Shown here piece after piece: positions 43,533 to 53,376 of a stretch of 64,000 nucleotides of DNA. Every line of letters starts with the position of its first letter. The first letter of the stretch is position 1. Source of the stretch: an uncultured Nitrospinota bacterium (GTDB lineage: Bacteria; Tectomicrobia; Entotheonellia; J063; CAVPRW01); contig CAVPRW010000039.1 of NCBI GenBank assembly GCA_963707985.1, positions 32,001-96,000 on the forward strand, read 5' to 3'. The translations under genes and the position numbers were made by a program. The notes below the pieces were generated by a model. The model was not told the DNA's origin and did not search any database. It was given only the letters and a program-made list of their open reading frames with translations.

Positions 43533-43663
43533 GGGAATGCCATATACATCGGCGGCAATTTGGTATACACTTGAATTGTTCTCCGTTGACCCGTCTCGAA
43601 GGCTAGCGACGGATCGGGTGGGAGATAGGGGACAGTGAGAGTTCACTCGAGGAGGAGGGGTTT

Positions 43664-44554
43664 GTGGACCCTTTAATCATTCACACACAGCCATCGCTCC
43701 GCCAGCCAGTTCTGATTTTATCGTTTGCCGGATGGAATGATGCCGGAGAGGCGGCCACCAGCGCGGCGCAATTCCTGTGTTCACGATTGAATGCCGAGAA
43801 ATTTGCCAGTCTCGAGCCCGAGGAGTTCTATAATTTTGCCGAGCTCCGACCACGCGTGCGGTTGGTCAAAGGTCAACGGGAAGTCACCTGGCCCGCTAAC
43901 GAGTTTTTTTACGTTCAGGATCCCAGCCTCGTCCAGGATTTGGTGATTGGCGTCGGCATTGAGCCGCATCTGAGATGGAAAACCTATGTCAAGGCGATTC
44001 TCGACCTGGCGCGCCAATGCCAGGTGAGCATGGTGCTAACGCTTGGCGCCTTGCTGGCAGAGGTGGTGTATTCGCGGCCGGTGCGGATCTCTGGTTCAAC
44101 GACCGACCCTGAACTAGCGGCACGGCTACACCTCAATGTCAGGACCTCGCGCTATGAAGGCCCTACCGGGATTGTCGGCATTCTGAACGACACCTGCCGA
44201 CGGGAGGGAGTGCCAGCGGTGAGCTTGTGGGCAAACGTGCCACATTACCTGTCGAACACTCCGAATCCCAAAGCCATGTATGCCCTAGTACGCCGCGTCC
44301 TTGGTGTCCTCGATCATCCGCTCGACTTACACGATGTGGAGACGGCCGTGAGCGACTTTGAAACCAAGGTCGCAGAGGTGATCGCTAACAATCCCGCCGT
44401 GGCCTCGTATGTCCGTCAGCTTGAAGAGCGCGATACGGACGAGGGGGAAGAAGCTCCCCCACGCCGGGAGTCCGAATTACCCAGTAGCGATCAGCTGGTC
44501 CAAGAGCTGGAGCAATTCCTACGGCAGCAGCGCCGCGACAGGCCGTCTGAGTGA
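43664..44554 (+). CDS. PAC2 (proteasome assembly chaperone) family protein
   Basis: FAGWNDAGEAA, GIEPHLRW, YEGPTGIVG, WANVPHY, PNPKA. Confidence 0.88.
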   Translation: MDPLIIHTQPSLRQPVLILSFAGWNDAGEAATSAAQFLCSRLNAEKFASLEPEEFYNFAELRPRVRLVKGQREVTWPANEFFYVQDPSLVQDLVIGVGIEPHLRWKTYVKAILDLARQCQVSMVLTLGALLAEVVYSRPVRISGSTTDPELAARLHLNVRTSRYEGPTGIVGILNDTCRREGVPAVSLWANVPHYLSNTPNPKAMYALVRRVLGVLDHPLDLHDVETAVSDFETKVAEVIANNPAVASYVRQLEERDTDEGEEAPPRRESELPSSDQLVQELEQFLRQQRRDRPSE

Positions 44555-44642
44555 GTCCGCTGGCCGGTTAGATGCGGCAGAGGGGGTGATTGCCCTTAAG
44601 CACTGGCCTTCTGCACAGGTCGCGGCGGTGCCGAAGCGGCAT

Positions 44643-45554
44643 CTAACCCTTTAGCTGTGGTCGAATGAGGTTGCCGAAGGCCTCAAGGCTGGCACTGGTC
44701 GCTGCATGCGACTGTGTGGACATTTCGAGGACGAAATGCTGGATGCCGAGATCTTGGTAAGCTCCTAGCCGCTCCACAATGCTCGCGATACTTCCTGTGA
44801 GTTGATCACGGCCAGGTCGTCTGGGCTGGTAGTGCAATACATCCTGGGACACCCCCTCGATGGCACAAGGGATGCGCAGGGAGAAGACCGGTTCTCCCAT
44901 ACGTCCCTGTCGCGTCCACCTGCGGCGCACATCAGAGATACCTGCCCTGAGTTCGTCGAATGGCATGGCGGTCGCGTGCCAGCCGTCTCCAAACTCGGCC
45001 ACACGACGCCGTGCCCGAGGGCTATTGCCACCAATCCAGATGGGCGGGTGCGGTCGTTGCACGGGCTGGGGTGACGCCTGCATGTCGGCAAATGTGAAGT
45101 ACCGTCCTTCGAAGCTCACCTTTTCCTGCATCCACAAGGTTTTGATCAACCGCAGACACTCATCGCTAAATGCCCCACGATCAGCGAATGGCGCACGTAA
45201 GGCCGCAAACTCTGGTTCCATCCAGCCCACGGCGGCGCCAAAAATCAGGCGGCCGCCCGAGAGCTGATCGGTGGTGGCGAGCATTTTCGCCACCACAATA
45301 GGGTTGCGATAGGGCAAAATGATGACGCTCGTGCCGATTTTCACCCGTGTGGTGATGGCCGCGACATAGTTGAGCAGTGCGAGGGGGTCGAGCATATGGT
45401 CGCGGTAGATGATCTCCAGCGTTTGCGGCACCAGGATGTGATCGGTCACCCACACCGAATCAAAGCCCAGCGCCTCAGCCCTCCGCACCGTGTCGAGGAT
45501 CTGTGGGATGTCGATGGGCTTGCCGTAATGCGGGATGCACATGCCGAACTCCAT
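44643..45554 (-). CDS. LLM-class F420-dependent oxidoreductase
   Basis: GFDSVWVTDH, DQLSGGRL, GWMEPEF, PPIWIGG. Confidence 0.88.
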   Translation of the reverse strand: MEFGMCIPHYGKPIDIPQILDTVRRAEALGFDSVWVTDHILVPQTLEIIYRDHMLDPLALLNYVAAITTRVKIGTSVIILPYRNPIVVAKMLATTDQLSGGRLIFGAAVGWMEPEFAALRAPFADRGAFSDECLRLIKTLWMQEKVSFEGRYFTFADMQASPQPVQRPHPPIWIGGNSPRARRRVAEFGDGWHATAMPFDELRAGISDVRRRWTRQGRMGEPVFSLRIPCAIEGVSQDVLHYQPRRPGRDQLTGSIASIVERLGAYQDLGIQHFVLEMSTQSHAATSASLEAFGNLIRPQLKG

Positions 45555-45575
45555 GGTTCCTCCTCCCTGACCTGA

Positions 45576-46286
45576 CTATTCCTGAGTCCCCGAAGCTCCT
45601 GGAAGCCGTCCCTTGAGCGCTTGCTCCACATGGCCGGGCGGCACTGGGAGCTGTCGCAGCAAGCCGGCAATGAGGGCCTTCGCCTCGGTCTTATACCAGT
45701 CTCGAGCCCCGATGACCACGCCAATCAGGAGACCGTCGGGGTCGATGAGATAGCTCGTGGGTAAGCCGCGCACGCTGTACTGGCGACTCACCTCCAAGGT
45801 GTTGTCCAGCAAAATGGGGAAGTTGAGTTTCAAGTTGTCCACAAAGGGTCTGGCGACTCCTTCCCCCTGATGATCCATGGACACCGCCAGCAGCACGAAA
45901 TCTGTCTGTTTGAAGGTCTGGTAGAGCCGTTCCATACTGGGCATCTCTTGCAGGCAGGGAGCGCACCAGGTGGCCCAGAAGTTCAGCAGCACCAGCTTCC
46001 CTCTGAATTCTCGCAGCTGGGCCGGTCGACCGTCGAGGGTCAGCAGGGTAAAATCCGGCGCCGCAGCAGGCTCCGCAGGGCGGCGCATACCCAAGGCTGT
46101 ATACAAGGGATCAAGCCCTGCAAAAGACCAGGCAGTAGGTCCGCTGACGTGAGTGCTCCCCGGCAAACCTGATGGCTGCGACACATGTTCCCACCACATG
46201 ACCGCAGCCACAGCGGCGATCCCCAGAATGACGATGAAGAGGGCCGTACGCTGTTGTGTCCGAGTCGCCTGCTCTGTAGTGTTCAT
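45576..46286 (-). CDS. TlpA/ResA-family thioredoxin
   Basis: N-terminal TM, NFWATWCAPC, GLPTSYLID. Confidence 0.9.
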   Translation of the reverse strand: MNTTEQATRTQQRTALFIVILGIAAVAAVMWWEHVSQPSGLPGSTHVSGPTAWSFAGLDPLYTALGMRRPAEPAAAPDFTLLTLDGRPAQLREFRGKLVLLNFWATWCAPCLQEMPSMERLYQTFKQTDFVLLAVSMDHQGEGVARPFVDNLKLNFPILLDNTLEVSRQYSVRGLPTSYLIDPDGLLIGVVIGARDWYKTEAKALIAGLLRQLPVPPGHVEQALKGRLPGASGTQE

Positions 46287-46867
46287 TATGGTGATACCAG
46301 CGGAGCCGTCCCTAGCACCGCAGGCGTCGGCTTCAGCAATTCCTGGATGAGCTGCAGGGCCTCGGGCCGCGTCCAGTCTCTCCCACCTACGCCGCGGGCC
46401 AGCAGGATGCCATCACGGTCGATGAGATAGGTCGTTGGCATCCCTGCGACCAGATAGTCTCGGAACACCGAGCCATTTGGATCAAGCAGCGAGGGGAAGG
46501 ACAGGCCGTGCTTCTGAAAGAAGGCCTTCACCTGGTCGGCACCTTCCTTGAGATCGATCGAGATAATGGCCAAACCTTGCTCTTGATACGTTTGGTGTAG
46601 TCGTTCCAGGGCTGGCATCTCTTCGCGGCAAGGGATACACCATGTGGCCCAGAAATTGAGGAATACCACTTTGCCACGGTATTGTTGCAGCGAGACCTGC
46701 TGCCCATCAGTGTTGAGCAGCGTAAAGTCTGGGGCCGCTTTCGGAGGAACCTTGGCCATGCCCATGGCTTCTAAGAGCTGCTCGCGTGCATCGGTCACTT
46801 TCTCGCCTAGAAGCAACCCAAGGGCTGCCACGATGATGGTCACATGGCCTACGGCCTTGCGTCGCAT
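46286..46867 (-). CDS. TlpA/ResA-family thioredoxin
   Basis: NFWATWCIPC, GMPTTYLID; TAATG overlap with the next gene. Confidence 0.9.
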   Translation of the reverse strand: MRRKAVGHVTIIVAALGLLLGEKVTDAREQLLEAMGMAKVPPKAAPDFTLLNTDGQQVSLQQYRGKVVFLNFWATWCIPCREEMPALERLHQTYQEQGLAIISIDLKEGADQVKAFFQKHGLSFPSLLDPNGSVFRDYLVAGMPTTYLIDRDGILLARGVGGRDWTRPEALQLIQELLKPTPAVLGTAPLVSP

Positions 46868-46962
46868 CGCGTTCTCCTTCTGACCCCGCACGACCAGTCG
46901 CATGGTTCCGGAGTCGCTTGTGGTCTATTGGCGCTGCTACACCTCGCCGGACTCGATACCGG

Positions 46963-47589
46963 TCACATCGCCCCTGAATTGCGCGGCGCGGAAGCCTGTG
47001 GGGCCGGATCGAGCAGCGAGGTGATGAGCGCGCGGGCATCGGCTTGCGCCCAATCATAGCCACCAATCTTCACGGTCACGACCCGCCCTTCACGATCCAA
47101 CAGATAGGTGGTCGGAAGCGAGGTGACCCCATACAAGCGCGTAACCTGTCCCACGGTGTCCAGCAAGGTGATGAAGCGCAGCTGGCGTCGGTCCACAAAT
47201 GGTTGGACTACCTCACCCCCCTGCACGTCGCTGGCGACCGCCACAACCTCAAGGCCGGCATCCTGATAGGTCTGGTGCAACCCGACCATGGACAACATCT
47301 CAGGCTGGCATGGTTTGCACCAGGTGGTCCAGAAGTGCAGTAAAACCACCCGGCCGCGAAAACTCGCCACATCTCGCCTGGTTCCATCCAGATCCCGTAA
47401 CGCAAAATCCGGTGCCACAACGGTTCTGCTTGACATTGGCAGGGCAGGGGTGGTCCCATCCGCCCAATATCCCTGGAGCTGGAGAAGCGTTAGCATCCCT
47501 GGGACCGTAACCATCATGGCGAGGAGTAGAGGCCTGGATTTCCAAACTTTGCGCAGATCAGTCACCATCAGGAGACCCACCGGTTGCAT
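46963..47589 (-). CDS. TlpA/ResA-family thioredoxin
   Basis: HFWTTWCKPC, SLPTTYLLD. Confidence 0.85.
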   Translation of the reverse strand: MQPVGLLMVTDLRKVWKSRPLLLAMMVTVPGMLTLLQLQGYWADGTTPALPMSSRTVVAPDFALRDLDGTRRDVASFRGRVVLLHFWTTWCKPCQPEMLSMVGLHQTYQDAGLEVVAVASDVQGGEVVQPFVDRRQLRFITLLDTVGQVTRLYGVTSLPTTYLLDREGRVVTVKIGGYDWAQADARALITSLLDPAPQASAPRNSGAM

Positions 47590-47652
47590 GCTGCCACGAG
47601 CGGCGCGACCATCGTCCCTTGCTTCACCACTCCCGTATGACACCCTTTCCCC

Positions 47653-47698
47653 ATCATACACTATCTCATGGAGAGGACAAACTTTTGTCAGATTTGTC
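47653..47698 (-). promoter_or_regulatory. putative promoter with overlapping GACAAA-N2-TTTGTC operator upstream of the tlpA trio
   Basis: minus strand TTGTCC-N16-TATGAT; palindrome at 47676-47689 plus a second TTTGTC at 47693. Confidence 0.4.
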
Positions 47699-47714
47699 GC
47701 TGTTGAGGCCCTTC

Positions 47715-48695
47715 TTAACTGTCGGCAGGGTCGGCTGGTAAGAAGTTGTCCGGCCGCGACGTGAGCTGTACCAACGGCTCGGATTCAAGCTGAATGGTTG
47801 TGTGTTCAATCCCAAAGCGTTCGTGCAGGAGTGTATGGAGCGCGCCAAGAATGCGGGTGCCTGCCGCTAGGTCGTCCACGACTACGTGGCCACTCATGGC
47901 GTCCTTTCCTGACGTCAGCGTCCAGACATGCAAATCGTGCACTGCACGGACACCAGGGACGGTGATCATCCCGGCGTCGATCTCACGAATGTTCAGATGT
48001 GGCGGCACTCCCTCCATCAGGATGTGCAAGGCCTGACGCACCAAAACCCAGGTCCGAGGCAGGATGAAGACTCCGATGGCGGCGCTGCTCAGCGGGTCAA
48101 TGAGGTAAAATCCCGTGGTCTGGATAATGACAGCTGCGACGATCACGCCCAGGGAGCCCAGGGTGTCACTCAGCATTTCCAGGTAGGCGCCATGGATGTT
48201 GAGGCTCGTTTCTGCCCCATGATGTAAAAGCCCCATGCCAAGCAGGTTTACGATAAGCCCCAGGACCGCAATGGCGAGCATGGGGCCGGCGTGAATCTCG
48301 GGCGGTGCCCATACCCGCAGGACAGCCTCATACAGGATATAGCCCGCCACCAAGAAGAGGACTACGCCGTTCGCCACGGCAGCCAGAATCTCTGCACGCA
48401 AGTAGCCATAGGTGTTCTCCATTGTGGGAGATTTCTGGGCGAACCACACCGCCAGCAGGCTCATGCTCAGGCCACCCACATCGGTCAGCATATGGCCAGC
48501 ATCGGCCAAGAGCGCCAGACTCCCAGTCCATAACCCGCCGACGATCTCGATCACCATCAGGCTCGCTGTCAGCCCGAGAGCCCCGAGCAACCGGCCTGTG
48601 TGATGACTCGTCGAGGATGCTCCGCCAGGTGCCTCCATGCGATCGACCCCCATCTGGACGGAGTGGTCGTGCATGACCTCGAACGCTGCCTCCAA
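47715..48695 (-). CDS. cation diffusion facilitator (CzcD/ZitB-like)
   Basis: SLALLADAGHMLTD, TYGYLRAE, VHDLHVW, IEHTTIQ. Confidence 0.92.
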   Translation of the reverse strand: MEAAFEVMHDHSVQMGVDRMEAPGGASSTSHHTGRLLGALGLTASLMVIEIVGGLWTGSLALLADAGHMLTDVGGLSMSLLAVWFAQKSPTMENTYGYLRAEILAAVANGVVLFLVAGYILYEAVLRVWAPPEIHAGPMLAIAVLGLIVNLLGMGLLHHGAETSLNIHGAYLEMLSDTLGSLGVIVAAVIIQTTGFYLIDPLSSAAIGVFILPRTWVLVRQALHILMEGVPPHLNIREIDAGMITVPGVRAVHDLHVWTLTSGKDAMSGHVVVDDLAAGTRILGALHTLLHERFGIEHTTIQLESEPLVQLTSRPDNFLPADPADS

Positions 48696-48795
48696 TGAAT
48701 AGTGTGGAGGATACCCCGCTGATAAGCCATAGACACTGGCCGGTCGCCAACCTGCAGGGCCTCATGAGCATCACTCACTGCCGATGGGTGGGTCA

Positions 48796-49125
48796 TCATC
48801 GTGGCCAGTACATGATCACTAGGACCCCAGCTAGGCAGAGGCTACCACCCAGTAGATCATACCGATCTGGTGCGATGCGGTCCACACCCCATCCCCAAAT
48901 AATTGACAATACAACAAAAATTCCCCCATAAGCGGCATAGACCCGGGCGAAGTACGACGGCTGATAGGTCGGAACGATCCCATAGAGAAATAGCACCAGC
49001 GCGCCAGCAATCCCCACGGCCCCATGGGCTCCGTCCCGCCACCATTGCCAGACGAGATATCCGCCACCGATTTCACACACTCCTGCCAACACGAATAACG
49101 CCAAGGAGGACACGACCTGAGCCAT
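48796..49125 (-). CDS. YnfA/UPF0060 small membrane protein
   Basis: [28 protein letters not shown]. Confidence 0.9.
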   Translation of the reverse strand: MAQVVSSLALFVLAGVCEIGGGYLVWQWWRDGAHGAVGIAGALVLFLYGIVPTYQPSYFARVYAAYGGIFVVLSIIWGWGVDRIAPDRYDLLGGSLCLAGVLVIMYWPR

Positions 49126-49143
49126 GCGATTGCTCGCGCTCCT

Positions 49144-49950
49144 CTACATAGGAAACCACAGCAACGGTGCCCCACCTTCCTGATCATGGTAAAACCGTGC
49201 CTGCACCTGAAACACGCGCTTAATCGTGTCGACATTCAGCACCTCGATCGACGGACCATCCCGGACCACCATGCCGTCATCGAGCAGGATCAGCCGAGGA
49301 AAACACCGCACGGCCAGGCTGAGGTCGTGCATGACCGCTACTACCCCCATACCATCTCTCGCTAAGCGTTGCAAGAGCTGCATGACATGCGCTTGATGGG
49401 CAATGTCCAGATTGGCTGTTGGCTCGTCGAGCAGCAAGAACCGCGGCTCCTGCGCCAACGCCTGCGCGAGAAAAATCAGCTGCCGCTCGCCGCCGGAGAC
49501 TTCGGTGATAGGGCGCTGGGCCAGAAACGCTGTACCTGTCACCGCCATAGCGTGGTGCACCATGGCCTCATCGTGTGGGGAGGCTGCACGAAAGCGTCCA
49601 CGGTGGGCATGGCGGCCCATACGTACGATGTCGTGCACATGGAACCCGAAGTCGATACGCACCTGCTGGGGCAGCAACGCCATCTGGCGGGCGATGGCTT
49701 TGCGCGTCATGTGGCTCAGGAGCTGGCCATCAAGCCGCACCTCTCCCTGACGAACCGGCAGCAAGCTGGCGATGACGTGGAGCAGCGTTGATTTCCCTGC
49801 GCCGTTGCGACCCACGATGGCGATCAGTTCACCGCTGGTCACCTGCAGGGAAATGTCCTTCAAGATCTGGCGCTCTCCAGCCTGATAGGTGATATGCTGC
49901 AGGGCGAGGGTATGTGCAGCGGCGTCATCGGCGCGTGGTGGAACAGTCAT
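49144..49950 (-). CDS. cobalamin/Fe-siderophore ABC transporter ATPase (BtuD-like)
   Basis: GRNGAGKS, SGGERQ, LLDEPT. Confidence 0.9.
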   Translation of the reverse strand: MTVPPRADDAAAHTLALQHITYQAGERQILKDISLQVTSGELIAIVGRNGAGKSTLLHVIASLLPVRQGEVRLDGQLLSHMTRKAIARQMALLPQQVRIDFGFHVHDIVRMGRHAHRGRFRAASPHDEAMVHHAMAVTGTAFLAQRPITEVSGGERQLIFLAQALAQEPRFLLLDEPTANLDIAHQAHVMQLLQRLARDGMGVVAVMHDLSLAVRCFPRLILLDDGMVVRDGPSIEVLNVDTIKRVFQVQARFYHDQEGGAPLLWFPM

Positions 49951-50984
49951 AGAGAGTCAAACCCACGACGATGGGTGCGCAACAGGTAAAGGAAAAAAGG
50001 CACCCCAACAAACGCGGTGATAATGCCCAGGCGCACCTCCTGAGGCCGCGCCAGGACACGGGCCACGAGATCGGCAAGGATGAGGAACAACGCTCCACCC
50101 AAAAAACTCAGCGGTAGGAGGCGATGGTGCTGGGGTCCGACCAGGAGACGCAACATATGCGGGACAACTAATCCGACGAAGCCGACCGTACCGCTGAGAG
50201 AGACCACCACGGCCGTGACTGCTGTGGCCAGCGTCAGCAAGAGCATTCGGCACCATTGCGCATCAACCCCAAGAGTCAGAGCGCGCTGTTCACCGCAGAG
50301 TAGAATATCCAGATCGCGGGTGAAGAGCAAGATGATCGCCGCGCCAAGGAGCACCACCGGGGTCGTGAGACGGACGTGGTCCCAACTACTGGCCTCCAGG
50401 CCACCCATCAGCCAGAAGAGGATCTCACGGATCATGCTGTCCCGTGATCGGGTGAGAATGAACGAGGTCAGAGCAGCGGTCAGCGAGCTCACCGCCACAC
50501 CGCTCAGTAACAGGGTCGCAACCGGGGTCTTACCACCCGCGGTGGCCAAACCATAGACCAGGCCGGCCGCCGCCAGCCCTCCTAGAAAGGCGCAGCCTGG
50601 CAATATGAGGTAATGTTGCAGAGCCCACCCCAGGGTTAGCGCCAACACAGCCCCCAGGGCGGCCCCGCTAGACACCCCAAGGAGTCCTGGATCGGCCATG
50701 GGGTTTTGAAAGATCCCCTGCATTACTGTCCCTGACAGAGCCAACCCTCCCCCCACCAACGCTGCCATCAAGACGCGTGGCAAACGCACTTGCAGGATGA
50801 TCGTCGCTTGCATGGGCGTCCAGGTTACTTCCTGGGTCAGATGCAGTTGGTGGAGCAAGATGGCGATGGTACGCTCGAAAGGGACGTTCACACTGCCAAT
50901 CGCTAGGGCGGCCACGACAACGAGTCCGAGCAAGCCACCGAGCAGTGCCACCGCGGCCGATACCGACACACTCTGTGGCTTCAT
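49947..50984 (-). CDS. FecCD/BtuC-family permease
   Basis: RLPRV, NPMADPGLLGVSSGA, GFVGLVVPH. Confidence 0.92.
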   Translation of the reverse strand: MKPQSVSVSAAVALLGGLLGLVVVAALAIGSVNVPFERTIAILLHQLHLTQEVTWTPMQATIILQVRLPRVLMAALVGGGLALSGTVMQGIFQNPMADPGLLGVSSGAALGAVLALTLGWALQHYLILPGCAFLGGLAAAGLVYGLATAGGKTPVATLLLSGVAVSSLTAALTSFILTRSRDSMIREILFWLMGGLEASSWDHVRLTTPVVLLGAAIILLFTRDLDILLCGEQRALTLGVDAQWCRMLLLTLATAVTAVVVSLSGTVGFVGLVVPHMLRLLVGPQHHRLLPLSFLGGALFLILADLVARVLARPQEVRLGIITAFVGVPFFLYLLRTHRRGFDSL

Positions 50985-51964
50985 AGCTGCCCTCCGGGGT
51001 CGAAGGCGGTGCCATGTAACACGCGGGCGAATACTGCGACGCCGTCCACAATGAATTGTGAGATGGTCACCAGATACCGGCTGGGGATGGTATAGACTCT
51101 CCCATGTTGTACGGCATCGATTCCCTGTAGAGCCGGATGCATCAGCACGGGGGGTAAGCCGCGTTCCCCATCCCGGTCGAAACTGCCGCTGACCATGACC
51201 TGAGGATTCATTGTCAACACCTGCTCGGCGGAGAGGTTGGCAGAACCGATCAGGCCATAAGTGGCAGCGAGATTCTCGCCGCCGGCATAGGTGATAAGAT
51301 CGTCCATCGAGGTCATGCGGCCGGCCGTATAACCTTGTGAGCCCCAGTACAGCACACGGGGGCGCGTGCCAATCGGACGCAGCTGCTCCGTCAGGGCCTG
51401 CAGACGGGTCTCCATGGTGGCGACCAGGGCCTCTGCCTTGGCCTCTTCCCCCACCACCTGGCCGATGAGGCGAATATTTTGCTCCACCTCGGCAATCGAA
51501 TCATATTCTTGGAATTGGAACAGCACCAACCCCGCAGCCTGGAGGAGCCTGATGAATTCCCCTCGTAAATAACTGGCCACGAAGACCAAGTCTGGCTGCA
51601 GGGAGATGATCTGCTCCGGATCGGCCCGTACTTTGTGAGGAACAGCCGCCGCTTCCTGGGGCATATTGGATATACGTTCATCGACGGCCAGATAGGTGAC
51701 GCCGAGTAACCGCGAGGGCCCGACCAGTGCCAGGAGAATTTCATCCGTCGCCAGCGTCACCGAGACGATCCGGGTGGGTTTCTGAGGGAGCACTACGCGT
51801 CGACCGGTCTGATCGATCAGCACTTTGGGGAAACCATCCCCAGCCACTCGAGTCCCCTGATCCACAGTTGGAAAGGAGAAGGAAGCGGCTTGCCACAGAA
51901 CGTAGAATCCCAGAGCCGTGGCCACAATGGCCAGCAACAATCCACTGAGCCGTGCCCCCTTCAC
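50981..51964 (-). CDS. BtuF-like periplasmic binding protein
   Basis: DQTGRRV..PQKPTRIVS, EQIISLQPDLV. Confidence 0.88.
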   Translation of the reverse strand: MKGARLSGLLLAIVATALGFYVLWQAASFSFPTVDQGTRVAGDGFPKVLIDQTGRRVVLPQKPTRIVSVTLATDEILLALVGPSRLLGVTYLAVDERISNMPQEAAAVPHKVRADPEQIISLQPDLVFVASYLRGEFIRLLQAAGLVLFQFQEYDSIAEVEQNIRLIGQVVGEEAKAEALVATMETRLQALTEQLRPIGTRPRVLYWGSQGYTAGRMTSMDDLITYAGGENLAATYGLIGSANLSAEQVLTMNPQVMVSGSFDRDGERGLPPVLMHPALQGIDAVQHGRVYTIPSRYLVTISQFIVDGVAVFARVLHGTAFDPGGQL

Positions 51965-52007
51965 AGGTGTCCTCCCTCGTTCTCTCCCTCGGCGTGGAGA
52001 TCGTTGC

Positions 52008-53376
52008 TCAGAAATTGACTGCGACGCCGCCCCGCACACTAGTCCCTGGTTGCGAAAAGCCTAACACCTGCTCATAGTCGGCGTCCAGTAGGTTGTCGAT
52101 TTTCAGCTGTAGCCGTAGGCTCCTCATGTGCCAGACGTTTTGCAACACCACATACGAGCCCGCCAAGCCAATGGTCGTATACCCAGGCAACGTCACCCGT
52201 GGGGAGCCAGGTTGACTGAAATCCCGATCGCGGGACGAACCCACCACATTGGCGATGAACGCCACCGTCCAGCAGTCCCCGAGATACGACAGCACGACAC
52301 TCCCTTGATTCTTCGGGCGGCGTAGCAGCGGTTGTCCCACTGGGAACGCCGTTCCGCCGATGCCTCCATCCTGTTGTAGGACCTTGGTCTCCAGAAACGT
52401 ATAGCTGCCGTCTAGCCGGAACTGCCAGGGCAACAGCACCTGAAAACCGGCCTCGACACCGCTCGACTCCGCCTTGCCAACATTCAGGAAACTGACCCCT
52501 GGACCACTGACGAAGGTAATCAGGTCCTTATACGTGTTATTGAAATAGGTCGCGGTGAGCAGGCCGCGGCCATTAAAGAACGGCTGATCCAGACCAATCT
52601 CCCAACTCTCGGACTCCTCGGGTTGGAGATTGGGGTTGCCGACGACAAACGGGCTGCCCGTACCGAAATTTTCGACAAAGCTGGGAGCGCGGATGCCGGT
52701 GGCATAGCTCCCACGCAGCTTGGTCTGGGTCCAGGGGAGGGTATACGAGGCCGCGACTCGTGGATTGGTATCTACGCCAAAGGTTGAGCTGTCTTCGACC
52801 CGAACGCCAGCCTGCAGCGTCGCCTGTTTCCGCCAATTCAGCAAGAATTGCGTGTAATAGCCTTGCTCCGTGCGTGAGGGCTCGGTGGTATCGGTCGTCG
52901 ATTCAAAGGTCGAGCGCTGGTCTAATTTATCCTCCGTGGCCTCGATGCCGAGGGTCCAGGTCGTTGCCACCTGATAAAACTCTGGCAGGGTCATGTTCCA
53001 GTAATAGTTCAGGAGTAATCGCTGTTCCAGACTGTCAGAGTCAAAATCACCAAAGTCGACAGGAGGACCATTATTGTGGTCTACGAACTGGGACTCGATA
53101 CGATTATATCCCAGGAGGAGCACCTGCTCCCACCATTGGGAAATCGCGTGAGTGGTCCGCAGCGACAGGACGAGACGTTGCCGATCCGAATATTGGTCGG
53201 GATCGAGGGGACTGAGTCGATCGCCAGCCGACTCCGTCGGAAACTCGAAATGGCTGTCGCTATAGCGTGCGCTGAACGCCAGTTTCAGCGCCTCGATGGG
53301 CTGGTAGTCGAGGGCTGAGCTGATGGTGAAATCGCGATAGGAGTTGTTGATCGGCAAAAACCCCGACGTGCTTACA
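52008..53376 (-). pseudogene. btuB: TonB-dependent receptor (BtuB-like); signal peptide and plug domain missing
   Basis: barrel motifs GNPNLQPE, LLRRP, NLLDADY and terminal F; frame runs into the IS end at 53377; cobalamin riboswitch on the far side of the IS. Confidence 0.8.
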
